NCBI GenBank assembly: GCA_000091205.1
Contig: AP006483.2
Direction: 5' to 3' (one strand)
Origin: Cyanidioschyzon merolae
Lineage: Eukaryota
Length of the DNA stretch: 64,000 bases
In this document: positions 1 to 11,199 of the stretch, piece after piece
Layout of the letters: every line of letters begins with the position of its first letter
Position numbering within the stretch: the first letter of the stretch is position 1
Translations under genes and position numbers: made by a program
Notes under the pieces: model-generated
Databases searched by the model: none
What the model was told of the DNA's origin: nothing
What the model saw: the letters and a program-made list of their open reading frames with translations, nothing else

Positions 1-1
1 T

Positions 2-3000
2 TCGATTCGCAGAGAGCCGTACGCAGTGTGGTATACACCATTGGCGGACTACCCGCAACACGATACATACCGGAGCTTTCGGGCTCGAGCGCTGCACCTA
101 TCACTCCAGTGCAAGCTCTCGTGGAGTTCCAGTGTAGCATCCGGAGAGCACGATGCGCAAGGCGCTCAGCTAACCACGTACGCTTTGGCGTCAATGCTCT
201 TCCGAGTGCTCGAACTGGCCGGAGTGAATCGACTACTGGGGCAGTCACCGTATGCCTTCCGCCCAGTATCCCGCAAAGTCGGCCTCATCCGTTCGGGAAA
301 GCGGCGCTATGGTGTACGCTTCGGGGAACTCGTGTCAAGTTTCAGCCTCTCCGCATCGGTCCCCAAACCCTGGGCACTCCGCTGCTACGATGCTTTGCGT
401 CCGACGGAGCACTTTACAGTGCGAGCAGGGCCCGTAATGGCGACGCTGTGCTGGTGCCGTCCAACTGGCTCCGCGTTTGAGTCTATTCGCGGCCGCGCCT
501 TTGAGCAAAATATCCGAGTCTCGGCAGACTGGCTCCGCATCGACCTGAACCGTGGTCTGCTGCTGCTGCAGACCGGGCGAATCCACTATGAGCGTGCACT
601 CGAAGTTGAAAAGATGCAGGGCCTGCTTCTGCCCAGCACCCTGGATACGCTTCGTATCTGGCCGGATTCCTTCGCTGCAGTATTCGCCACGGCGAAGAAA
701 GTCTCACAGCGCACTCTGCTCGCCGGATCCGATGCACTTCATGCGCTGTTTCCGGGGAGCAACTTGGGGAAAGGTGCTGCTGGTGCTGCCGCCACTGCAC
801 CTGCTACCAGAGTCGCCAAGCCGGAGCGCACGCTTGTCGGGTCGCTACGGGACCAGCACGCCGCGGAAGCGGCTCAGAGCGTCGCCGGCACCGCTTCTGG
901 TGCAGTGAACACCGGCGCTGGCACCAGCGGCAGCGGTCTCTGGAACAGCGCACTGAGCGCCCCGAAGAGCACCCAAAGTCAGCAGCATGAGCTGGGCAAC
1001 CGCGCTCGACGTCTCGCCAATGCGCTCGGGATGTCGCTCTCGATGCAGCGCAAGCCAGAGACGGATGTCCTGGACTTGAGGGATTTGTTGCTGCAGGAGC
1101 ATCTAGAGCAGGTCAAGCGGCAGCAGCAACAACAACAACAACAAGAACAGCGGCAGCGAACGCGTTCCGGAAGCGCTGCAGACGCTGCCGCACGCTTCAT
1201 GTCCACGCGGGGCACTCCGGCGAGAGAGCGTGCCAGCGACGCTTCGCTTCAACCTCGAAGCACAGCGATAGCCACTCTCGATGCTGATACATCTGGAGCG
1301 GCTTCGACGACGGCAGCGAGCAGCAGACAAAGAAGAGCGCAGAGCCTGGAAGCGCCGCCATTGTGGCACCAGCGCGGCACTTGGACGAAACCTGGTCATC
1401 AGGGCGCTTTGCCGCAGTCGCTCACCAGTGAGCGACTCTCGGCAACGAGACGCCGTCCAGATGAAGCGAGTCGAGCGTGGGAGCAGTCACGAACGAGTGA
1501 GCGGCGCTCGGAAACGACACTCCATGCAGGCGAGACAACTCAAGTACCGGAGCCGTTGCCACAGACGACAGAGGCGGGCGCTCATGAAGCCAACCTGACC
1601 TCGCCAAACTGGATAGCTTCGTCTTCGGAACGTCCACCAGTTGCTGGTCAGCAGCCGCTACATCCACGCGTTCCCGAGACAGCCGATATCGGACTGCCGG
1701 ATAGCAGTTCCGGTCGAAGTCGTTACACGCAACGTCGCCAACTGCTTTCCCAGCGTGTTCGCTTCCAGTTGACGCTCATCGAGCCCGCTGTCTGGATTCG
1801 CTCCGAACAGGGACGGGATGCGGTGCGTCTGTCAGCCAACCAGGGCATTCTGGATGTCGTGGAGGGCGTCTGTCACCGCGGTGCCCAGGACCTGGGTACC
1901 GAAATCGATTATCGAGTCTGTTTACGCGGTGTGAATATCACCGTCGAGGGCCAGGAACTGTCGCATCCAGCGGAATCGGCACCTATCTTTCTCTACTATA
2001 TTCATCCGGTACCAGCGGAGGACTTGCGGGCTCGCCACGTGGAGGTAGTGGTACCGGCTCTGCACCTGGCGGCCACCGCTCCCGAGTTCCACACGCTTTT
2101 CCGCATTGTACGCGAAGTTCTTCTGAGCAAAGGTAGCCAGGCGTTGCGCGTAAGTCGCATTCTCAAGCCGCTCCGTCAACGCGCTGTGGTCTTCGAGGAT
2201 GCCGACTTTGTGATTGAGCGAGCGCTGACGCTTCGCGCCTTGCTCCAGGATGTGGATCTCTTACTGCTTCATGGCGGTGAGGAGAGTCTCGCCTCTCTCT
2301 GGACGCAGCTGGATAGCAGCAGCGGTAGTACAATGCCACCAGAGAGCCGGCGCGGCAAGATATCCACGGAGGTCGGCAGCACAGGCGCTTCAACCGGTGA
2401 ACGTCTCCTCTGGACGGCAAGTGGCGGTTTGCGCATAACCGGACGAGCAAGTGCTGGTGCTACTGCTGACGCTGCTCTCCGCGAGTCCGAGGAAGGCGCT
2501 GCATCGCGTCCGACGGCACTGAGCGTTGCGACAAGCGCCGGCACTGCCGCCCCACAACCCGTATCCAAGTTACCGACATCCGAACAAGCGTTTGCGTTCC
2601 GTTGGTGGCTTGCTGCACAAGCCCGGGCCTGGCAAGTACTGCTTGTGGATGCATTACGTGGACGCATCCATTATGATGATCGGTCTACAGCGCTGGCAGA
2701 TGAACTCGAGGATCTCGACATCATTCTGGAAGTGGCGCGGGTGCGCTGGTCTCTGCTGCTAAGTCGCCGGCGAGCGTTCCTAGAAGTGAGCATTCGGCGC
2801 ATCTATGGGTTGCAGCGGCGCTATATGAGTGGACGTGAGCTCAACGACTATGGCATTACGGATCTGGTGGTGCAGAATCGCTCACGAGACCTCGACTTGG
2901 GCTGCGTTATTCGTGGTGACTCGTTTCGCTATGTTTCGGTCTCTGAAGGCGTCATTGGTGGGATTATGCGATATTCGCGGTTGACACTGGACATGGCAAA

Positions 3001-4312
3001 GACGCTGCATATTCGCCTCTACGGTGTACTGGTGGATCGTCTCAATGAGTACTTTTTCGGGGTGGCTACGAGCACGAATGCTACCGCTGCTGCATCCGCC
3101 GCACAGGCGACAGTGCCCGCTGCGAGCACCGTAGCGGCACCAGTGCAGCCTCTGTCTGAGACGTCGTCTCTTCCGGGAATGTCGCCTGCAGTCGCAGATG
3201 GCAGGAGGTCGAGCGTATCCAGCATTCTTGCCGGGCAACCTGAGACGAGATCAGCGCACGAGCCGCTGCACGAGGCCCGCGAGGGCTCACTGAACGCGAG
3301 CACTCGACGCAGTCCGTCGCGTTCCGCTGACAACGAAACGCTTGCCCCGACAAGTGGTGGTGGTGGTGGTGCTCACGCTCACGCCACTGCTGGTACTGCT
3401 GGTGCTCTGGCAAGCGTTGGAACTGCACTCGGGCATGATGCCGCCACCTCAGCGTCACCGCCGCAAGCCTCGTTTGGTGCACCGCCTGTGGATGCTGCGC
3501 TTACGGGTACTCCTGGCTATCCCGCTGACCCTTCATCGACGCTATTTTTGCTGCCGCTGGAGGAGAGCGCTCAACGCTACGCCTCCGCCAGCGAGTCGCG
3601 GAGCAGTGCGCGTCCGGGTCGTGGCATCACCGCAACAGGAGCGACCAACACCTCTATAACGCCCGTTCAGATCGACTATGCGTACTTATCCTCATTGGAG
3701 ATCATTGGCTCGTACCACAGCGGCACCGGGAAGGAGCACAGTTTTCTCGATTTCGACGATCTCTGTGTGCTGGTGCCGTCGCTCATGTACCAGGCAGTGA
3801 CAGGTTCGTGGCAAGGTTTTATCGAAATGGTGCGTCGAGACTTTGCCTCAGCTTTTGTTCGCGACGCAATCGGGCAGCTGAGCAAGCGCAAGTTTCTCGG
3901 GTTCCTGCGACGGCCTTTTCGAAGTATATCTACGATCGATGATGGGCGCTCTGCAGGCGAACCAGGCAGCCAGGTGGCGGTACTGGCGTCGCCAGCAGCC
4001 ACAGAAGCAGCCATCCGCCGACGTCGACAACGGGGACGCACGCCAATTGTACAGGCCGTGGAACAGGCTTCCGCAGCAGCAGCAGTACGAAGCACAGCTC
4101 GTGAGCATCTCAGTGAGCTGGTACTTTTCGGTAGTTTACGGCTTGTACGCAGGGCGCTGATGCGTGATCCCCCGGCACGAAGCGCTGCGATGAATCCGGA
4201 GCAGGCGTCAGAGCCACTGAGGCACGAGGATGCAGAGGACAACAACGAAGACGACGGCGACGAAGAAGAAGAAGATGATGATGATGACGAACCGTTAGCT
4301 TTGCCAGCCTAG
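2..4312 (+). CDS. 3' portion (about 1437 codons) of a very large low-complexity protein. The 5' end lies outside the window and the function is unknown.
   Basis: The reading frame is open from nt 2 with no stop until TAG at 4310-4312. The track's start at 26 is a GTG and is not a real start. A 4.3-kb ORF is far too long to arise by chance at this GC. It contains a coding (CAG/CAA)n polyQ tract at ~1118-1150 and a (GGT)5 at ~3354-3370. The C-terminal tail is Asp/Glu-rich and encoded by a (GAN)n tract at 4255-4290. The protein is rich in Ala/Ser/Thr/Arg/Gln. I recognised no catalytic motif by eye. Confidence 0.6.
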   Translation, partial: SIRREPYAVWYTPLADYPQHDTYRSFRARALHLSLQCKLSWSSSVASGEHDAQGAQLTTYALASMLFRVLELAGVNRLLGQSPYAFRPVSRKVGLIRSGKRRYGVRFGELVSSFSLSASVPKPWALRCYDALRPTEHFTVRAGPVMATLCWCRPTGSAFESIRGRAFEQNIRVSADWLRIDLNRGLLLLQTGRIHYERALEVEKMQGLLLPSTLDTLRIWPDSFAAVFATAKKVSQRTLLAGSDALHALFPGSNLGKGAAGAAATAPATRVAKPERTLVGSLRDQHAAEAAQSVAGTASGAVNTGAGTSGSGLWNSALSAPKSTQSQQHELGNRARRLANALGMSLSMQRKPETDVLDLRDLLLQEHLEQVKRQQQQQQQQEQRQRTRSGSAADAAARFMSTRGTPARERASDASLQPRSTAIATLDADTSGAASTTAASSRQRRAQSLEAPPLWHQRGTWTKPGHQGALPQSLTSERLSATRRRPDEASRAWEQSRTSERRSETTLHAGETTQVPEPLPQTTEAGAHEANLTSPNWIASSSERPPVAGQQPLHPRVPETADIGLPDSSSGRSRYTQRRQLLSQRVRFQLTLIEPAVWIRSEQGRDAVRLSANQGILDVVEGVCHRGAQDLGTEIDYRVCLRGVNITVEGQELSHPAESAPIFLYYIHPVPAEDLRARHVEVVVPALHLAATAPEFHTLFRIVREVLLSKGSQALRVSRILKPLRQRAVVFEDADFVIERALTLRALLQDVDLLLLHGGEESLASLWTQLDSSSGSTMPPESRRGKISTEVGSTGASTGERLLWTASGGLRITGRASAGATADAALRESEEGAASRPTALSVATSAGTAAPQPVSKLPTSEQAFAFRWWLAAQARAWQVLLVDALRGRIHYDDRSTALADELEDLDIILEVARVRWSLLLSRRRAFLEVSIRRIYGLQRRYMSGRELNDYGITDLVVQNRSRDLDLGCVIRGDSFRYVSVSEGVIGGIMRYSRLTLDMAKTLHIRLYGVLVDRLNEYFFGVATSTNATAAASAAQATVPAASTVAAPVQPLSETSSLPGMSPAVADGRRSSVSSILAGQPETRSAHEPLHEAREGSLNASTRRSPSRSADNETLAPTSGGGGGAHAHATAGTAGALASVGTALGHDAATSASPPQASFGAPPVDAALTGTPGYPADPSSTLFLLPLEESAQRYASASESRSSARPGRGITATGATNTSITPVQIDYAYLSSLEIIGSYHSGTGKEHSFLDFDDLCVLVPSLMYQAVTGSWQGFIEMVRRDFASAFVRDAIGQLSKRKFLGFLRRPFRSISTIDDGRSAGEPGSQVAVLASPAATEAAIRRRRQRGRTPIVQAVEQASAAAAVRSTAREHLSELVLFGSLRLVRRALMRDPPARSAAMNPEQASEPLRHEDAEDNNEDDGDEEEEDDDDDEPLALPA

Positions 4313-6938
4313 AGCGACGCACCGCGAGGACAAAGACGATCATGATGATGAAGAAGAAACGGGATCAGAAACGGAAGCACCGGTAGATACGCTGGGCTGC
4401 TCGCGCATACGCCACAGATGACGATGAGCATCCTTTTGTACATGGTCATGATGATGCATCGTCGGCTTTGCCGGACCCAGATCGATACTCAGAAAAACGA
4501 ATCCTGGACTACCTGTACCAGTAAATCTTTTTTGTTCTTGTTTGTTGTGCTGCAGGCATTCGAAAACGAAATGCAACCTCTAGAATAGAGGAAGGCCGCG
4601 GAACGGCTTGTGTTGTGATTGCGAGCTGGAGGGAAAGCTGTCTCAGTTGCACAATGCTGTGGTTCAACGGTCAGCAGGTGGATGCATCGCCTTTCTCGTC
4701 GTCCATGAGCTGAAGATCGGGCAACGAAAACAGCGCTCATGAACAGCTATCGTCGCGACTGCTCTCTCGTCGGTGCGTGCCACTCCATACGTTCTCCAAG
4801 CACTACGTTCAGAGATATCACAGGGTGTCACGTTTCCATACAGCCGATACGAAGGGTCAAGAAAGAGATGCGGAGAGGCGAAGAAACGAAACGGCATCCA
4901 GTGGAGAGCGTCACGCGCTGATGAACGCACCCCATTGATTTCGAGCTGAGACGTGAACGCCTAGAACAGGAGCTAAAGGTGTTCGTCGCACATGAAGAGC
5001 ATTCGTTCATTCGAAAGATACGGTAGATCTGCATTTGGGCACTCAAACTGCAACAAACCGTTGTTCGTCAAGAACAGTCAAGCGAGCTTTCCGGCAAGAT
5101 TCGTCCTAGCGACGATTTCATTGTGTGGTCATCTTCAAATCGGTAGACGAGCCGGGTGCTTCGGCACCCGGTCCATCGTCGAAGCCATTCACTGCTTCCA
5201 CCTTTCATGCTCTACTGGTCTGCTCCAAGATAAAGTCGCTCTCCATCAGGCGAAAGCGGCCAAGTAGTACGCATACGAGATTGGCATTCAGTCGATCTTG
5301 GTGCTATCCCATGCTCCGTCATCCGATCCAGTCGAAGGCGTCTCATCAGTTGTAAAAAGTCATTTTCACACGCACTGACTGCTTCAAGAGTCATCCTCTT
5401 TCGTGACACCTTTCTTGAAAAAAGTCGTTCTCTATTTGCACCAGCCCTGACCCGTTGTGTCGCTGCTCAGCTCGTGCACAAGCGGTAGTTGAGCGGCGCA
5501 CTTGTAATCGTTAGCGTGCTTGCAGCGGATAATGTGTTCAAGAGGTGCACGAGGCGTGGAAGATACAGATATAGATTAGGCGACGATTGGTCCAAGTGAG
5601 CCCAGGTGCGTCTGTGTTCCAAGTAAGAAGCGGATATGGAGTGTTGCGACCTCATCAATCCCATTTTGCGAAGCGACAAAGAAAGCGAAAAACGAGCTGA
5701 TAACTACGAACAAGAATACAGGATTCGGAAATCGTAGTGTGGATCATTGGAGCAGCTCGTTCAAGCTTTGTTGCTCATCACGAGAGCACGGAAAAATGCT
5801 ACGGAGCCGATAGAAACGGATGGATTGTCCCACTTTGAGCACTCTGTGATTTCTGAGAAGTCCAACAAGACGCTCAGTCGACCGCTCATGGCAGCGAACA
5901 TGCAGATCTTTGTGATGAGCGTAGACCCCGGTCTACGGAACATCATCTCTTTTGCCGTACCTATAAATGAAGAGTGCGAATCCGAAAACCGGACTAGAAA
6001 GCAGATGAAGCTGCTCAAATTTATGGGTCATGGTATTATCGAGAGTAGCGAACTGCGCACGACAGCAGACATTCTAACAGGTGGAATGACGACATCAGAA
6101 CCCATAACGAGACGCTGGGCACCACGTCGAGCAGAACAGAATACTTTCTAGGCTCTACGCAGATACTATGTGACTGTCGAGGTGGCTACTGCGAGGATCC
6201 TCGGCGGGAGTGCCCGAGACAGCGCTGGGACAGCCGACGTTTTCCGGTCTACGACGGCAAGAAGCGTGCATCGACCAACTTATTCACTCAGTTGGAAAAG
6301 CACATCACCCACGCGTCGCATCATCTACTGGTAGACTACGGCGCTGGACGTGCCGTAGACGCACAGGCTGCGCTCGTGCTCTCTCCACGAGAGCTTACCT
6401 CGAATGAAGGAGTTGCTTCTCTGTGGTTCCCGTCGACGCCTTTGGAATGACATAAACGCATCTCGAGCACGAGTGCACGGCGATGCTTGTGGAAAAAAAA
6501 GCGTGAAACGGAGACAGATGTCCAAAATGGTGAAGAGGGCGTCGACGGATCGTCGGATGTCGAGGCAGTGGACAAGATCGGCTTGTCATCGTTGCATTTC
6601 TGTAGCAGCAACGTCAGCAACCACTTTCTGCCGAGAGACTTGAACCCACTGATCAAGAGACGGGGACATATCGTGCTTCTGGAGCATCCAGCGGCTCAGT
6701 GGCGAGCAAGACTTTCAGGTAGTCGTTTATGATTCAGTTTAGGTATCGTACTGAACCAAGGATGACTTTCGATGCGAAAATCAGTGCCCAGAAGAGCGCG
6801 CATTGGATTCCCGTCAAGATCAAGGCATTGGTATAGTCCGCAATCCGCACAAGCTCGACTACAGCCTATAAACCGAGAACGAGTCTCCTGAGTAGTGCGT
6901 GAACAATAAAAGTCTTCCATTATTCAATATTACAGAGT

Positions 6939-6953
6939 ACACACACACACACA
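6939..6953. repeat. (AC)7 microsatellite.
   Basis: tacacacacacacacag is read directly. Confidence 0.9.
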
Positions 6954-7568
6954 GAAGGGCACGGTGATGCGAAGAGGTGTACGCATCCGATGGCGTGCTG
7001 CTTGGGGTGTACTATACTTTGCAAGCGCGCCCCAGTCTTCCGTGGTCATGGATCGGGGCTCATTGCACTTGGAGGATGGCAGACTAGTCCGCTGGAAACT
7101 GGGTTCCAACGGTGGCATCTGATCGATGACCAACACGCTCCAAATGGAACGCGAACTCCAGTATTACTCAGTTGTAGTAGCATCATGTGCGCTTGTGATG
7201 CGCTGCTACGAAACCGTCTTGTTGTTGAGGAGCCCGATTTCGTGCATTCCAATGACACCGTCCACAAAACATTCGTCGCGCATATCGAAACAGATTCCAG
7301 TCGTGTGAGAACCTTGGCCCGTCGGAACTAGCCGGCAACAACACATTCTTATAAAGACGGTGCTCTCGTTCATGTGCGCGGGATACGCGCCAGCAGCGAG
7401 CATCTCCTTCAGCCGTCGCTTGATCGGTACGACTGCTCCGCTGCTCGTCGCTGCCGAGCACGCCTTTCTCGCAAGCGTGAAGCGCAGCTCCGAGTTGCGC
7501 TGGATGCCCATCTGCAGCCGAGGCATTATGCCTGGCACACCCCTCTGCATGCGCTGTCGATCTGCATC

Positions 7569-8504
7569 CTATCGCTCTATTGCATACGATAGGGTTGATG
7601 AGACGGATTCCCCTCTTCGACCATGCTCCGGTTGCTTCACCGACACAGGTTGCTCTTTGGCTTTCGAGTTTGCCTCCGGCGATGCTGGTGCTTGTGGCAC
7701 AGTGCGAGCACGTTGGCGATCGTGCAGGTCCTGAGCCATCTGGTCGGCAAGTTCAGCTGCACTTGCTCCTAGAGTGCCGTGCTGGTTCCCCAGCCGCCGC
7801 TGCACCAAACGCTTTGCATGGTACGCAAATGACGTTCGATCCTCCTTAAAGTTCCGCGCGAGCGCCAGAAGTGCCTTATCGCCGTCGGCCGCCAAGTCTA
7901 CAAGCCGATCATACTCGGCGCTGCTCAGGGCGCTGCCACCGCCAACGCTGTACAGAATGTGCACGAGCTGTATCGCCAGATCCTGCATTTCAGCCTCTGT
8001 TCGAGGCGTCGTGACTGAGCTACCGCTCGTCTCAGGGGCAGCGCTCTTGACGCGACCTGGGACCTGGCTTGAGCGAGGTATCAGGGGCGGCGCGGACTCG
8101 AGCTTGACGCCTCTGCGCGGTATAACAGCCTCTTGAGGCGAAACCAGCGACCAAAAGAGCCAGCTCGCATCCGGGAGCGCTCGTACATCGGCGTTCGTCC
8201 GTACGGGCTCGGTGAATATAGGAGCATAAAACACGGATATCTGTTTGATGTCGTCACCACGCAAGACAACGGTGGGAAACGGGGGCGGCTGCGCTTGCGC
8301 TATTCGCTGCCTCAGCGAAGTTACGGTCATGGAGTAGAGTTTAATGGTCGCCAAGTCACCATCAGGGTACTCGATGCAGCGCAGCGGCTTCCCGAAAATA
8401 TAGGACTTGATGACGTTGAACACTATCGAAGAACCTCCGAGCAGCTTGAACGTGGCGTCAGCTTTGCCTAGTACTGCCGGAATGAGCAGTGGGGCCGGCG
8501 CCAT
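7569..8504 (-). CDS. Hypothetical protein of 311 aa. A beta-grasp (PB1/ubiquitin-like) fold at the N-terminus is possible but unproven.
   Basis: This is a 320-codon ORF. The track start at 8531 is GTG; the first in-frame ATG is at 8504-8502 (MAPAPLL...). The sequence reads as protein-like with balanced composition. The N-terminal stretch FKLLGGSSIVFNV...IEYPDGDLATIKLYS loosely resembles a PB1 OPCA-like segment. I recognised no confident homology. Confidence 0.45.
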   Translation of the reverse strand: MAPAPLLIPAVLGKADATFKLLGGSSIVFNVIKSYIFGKPLRCIEYPDGDLATIKLYSMTVTSLRQRIAQAQPPPFPTVVLRGDDIKQISVFYAPIFTEPVRTNADVRALPDASWLFWSLVSPQEAVIPRRGVKLESAPPLIPRSSQVPGRVKSAAPETSGSSVTTPRTEAEMQDLAIQLVHILYSVGGGSALSSAEYDRLVDLAADGDKALLALARNFKEDRTSFAYHAKRLVQRRLGNQHGTLGASAAELADQMAQDLHDRQRARTVPQAPASPEANSKAKEQPVSVKQPEHGRRGESVSSTLSYAIER

Positions 8505-11199
8505 GCGCCAGCGGCGGCCAGTGCGCTGCACTTACAGCGTCCCAGTACGGTTGCGTGACCCACCAGTGATGAGGGCGCTGTGCTCTTGCCACACGACTGT
8601 GCTGCACCCGGAGTCGCAGTACGGAGTTGGAAAAGTTGCCGCACTCGACAATGCCAGACGACTCGAAATGTTCGAAAGCGTCATGGCGATATTATGGTAC
8701 ATACATGAACATTACGCCCTCGCCTGCAATCCGCACCGCCTCCTTAAGTTGCGGATCCCATGCTCCCGCTACTGGCGGTGGAGATTCTCTGTGCGCTCGT
8801 CGCGTTCTAGGAGCATGCCTCACAATGCAGAGGCACCGCATTGCATCGAAGACACCTCGTGATAAGTCGTTGATGCGTAAAGGCTCGATGAGGCGCACAC
8901 TTTTCGATTATGCGCTGCGGAATCGTGCCAGCTTTCCAGAACGGATGCCACGAAAAGCGCTAATGAGGTGCTTTGCCCTGCAGCTCGCAGTTGGCGGTAC
9001 GTAGATCTCTGGGCTATTGCCATGGATGTGCATTCGTCTGCACACGCTGCCTCGAGGTCAAAACGATGCAGCTTCGGATCAGCATAGATGGCTCGAATGC
9101 TGTGCTCCGGGCAAGTGCCTGCCGTTTTCGGCTTCTGCCGGTGCCATGACGCAGTCGTCGTGCGGGAACACGGGCATACACTGGGAATCCCGTTCGCAGT
9201 GTCGACTGCGACGTCGCTGTCGCCGCGCACAGGATCCGCTTCGGTGGCGCGGGACGCTACTCCCCGGAAGCGCGTGTCATACAGGCTTCGGCTCTGATCC
9301 AGATCAAGGCCAAAGGTTGCTCGCAACTTTTTCAGCAAGTCCGCTGGGCGTATCATCATCGTCGTCATGGTTACCAGAAAGCAGTTGCTTTCGTCTTGCG
9401 TTCAGGAAACGGCGACGATGCCGAGCCCTGATATGTAGCCGATTCGAGAAGGCGCGGCAGTCCCGTACTTTGCATTCCGAGCAAAGCTGTTATCGAAGTG
9501 CTGCTAGTCGTCATCAGGACGTCTGAAGAGGCTCTAAACGAAGCAATGAATAGATAATCTTTTGTGAGGATGAATCTTAGACACGGGTCGCGCGATACAA
9601 GAGAGAGCGCAGCTCCACTGCAAGCGTGCGAGCCTGGTGCCCACAGCCAGACTGCTGTTCGGTTGGAGCTACCCGGCGGCGGGTTTTGCTACCGTACGCG
9701 TCGTGGAATACCGAATCTTCTACACCCGAGTCAGAATTAATGGAGGGCGTCCTCCACCACTGGCATACGCATACGAGTTTGCATGTCTTTCCATGGTCAT
9801 CAGAACTAGACTTTGCAGGATTTTTCTGCAGCTGCTTCCGTTCCGTTTCTATAGTATCCGGTTTCACATATGCCGGTCTCTGCCTCGCCTCGAGTTTCAG
9901 TGCCAGCACTCGGAGGGCGTTGGTGCCAGCGCTCAAGTCCGAATTATGCCGATTCCGGTATTTCCGAAGCATTTCATGCACGGGTGGAGATTGCGATGCT
10001 CACCTTCTTCGAAGTCAGCGTCGATGAACTCGTCGAAGCGTTGCCATTTGACTATAGTCAGTTGTTCCCGGATGTTCGTGACCACTTCTCCGCCGAGCGC
10101 CGCCTTGGAGCGCGTAAACGCATGCTTCATCACTGCGTATATGGTTCTTGACAGGTTTAGAATGCCCGCCTCGATAAGCACTCCCATTTTCGCACCACGA
10201 GCGGTCCGCGACGCTCAAGGGCATTTCCTGGGCAATGCGTCCTGTGCAGACGCTGGCCGCTGCACGCCCAGGTGCACGCTACGCATTTCGATAGAGAATC
10301 CGCGCAACGAAATGAAGTACGCGGTAAACTAAAGTAAAGGAAGGAGAACCCAGGCCCGAGATCAAGTCGAGAAATTTTGATGCTTCTAAACTTCTTTTGT
10401 GGAAGCAGTGTCGTACGCACCACTTGACGCTATCGCTGTGATGATTCAGGTCTAAATTGAAAACACTTTTGCATGCAAACAGAAGAGGCGGCTTCCTCTA
10501 GCAACGTATCTTTCGAACGGTATTATACTGGTTTCCAATGTTGTTTCATAGATGGCCACTAAGAGATGAGGATTCGTCATTCCAACGGAATCCATTAGTT
10601 TACTTTAGCCTCTCAGTGAGCTTTCGGCAGGAGCTTCTGAAGAAGGCGTCAAGGGACGACATCGGGCGTTTTCCATATTTAATCTACAGTCAGTGAAACT
10701 GCAAATATCCCAGGCCCATGGACGGTAAATGAATATGCACTCACAGACGCCCCGCCAGCCGTTTTCAACCGGTCGACTGCTATCGGCTCTAGTTTCTCCA
10801 TTTACACCTCGACTCTTAGAGGCTACCCCGCAAACCTCGCTTGCGTCAGCTCCTCGGGTCTCTTGTCTTCAGCGCAGCACATAGTCTGCTATTGATAGAA
10901 GCGTTGAATTCTCGGTCCACGAAGTACATGCGTGTATTGCCTCTGGTTGAACTCACTTTTGCAAGAATTCGTCGAAAACATGCCCTCCGTGCCTCTACAG
11001 CATGGTCGTCTTCATGTCGGGCATACACCTTTTCTCCTCCATCCCCCTCTTCTTTTTCTTCGTCACTTACTTTTCTCTGCTCAATCGTCGGCGCCAAGAT
11101 GATTCGTTTCGCTTTTTTCCGGGAGCCGGCAACGGCGGGACCCTTAGACCTCGCTTGCATCTGCAGACCTTTCTGTCGGATTTTGTATTTCTTCAACTG

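Noticed and set aside
3676-4245. Numerous 100-250-codon antisense ORFs inside the large genes, e.g. 3676..4245, 18633..18980, 19703..20206, 20899..21447, 35599..36342, 40022-region overlaps, 48747..49178 and 49769..50353.
   Set aside because: All lie opposite or out of frame to genes with strong homology. Their translations are Arg/Ser/Cys/Pro-rich low-complexity strings, which is the expected shadow of GC-rich codon usage.
2-4312. Calling the large partial protein a bridge-like lipid-transfer protein (Fmp27/SABRE/KIAA1109 Apt1 region).
   Set aside because: I could not find the characteristic GFWDK/WPPW-type motifs by eye. The resemblance is only to overall architecture (huge size, C-terminal location, low complexity). 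It is left as unknown.
9577-10224. A series of three minus-strand ORFs (69, 84 and 134 codons) in shifting frames, possibly a split or pseudogenised gene.
   Set aside because: No recognisable homology and no clear splice or frame-restoring logic. There is insufficient evidence to call a gene or pseudogene.
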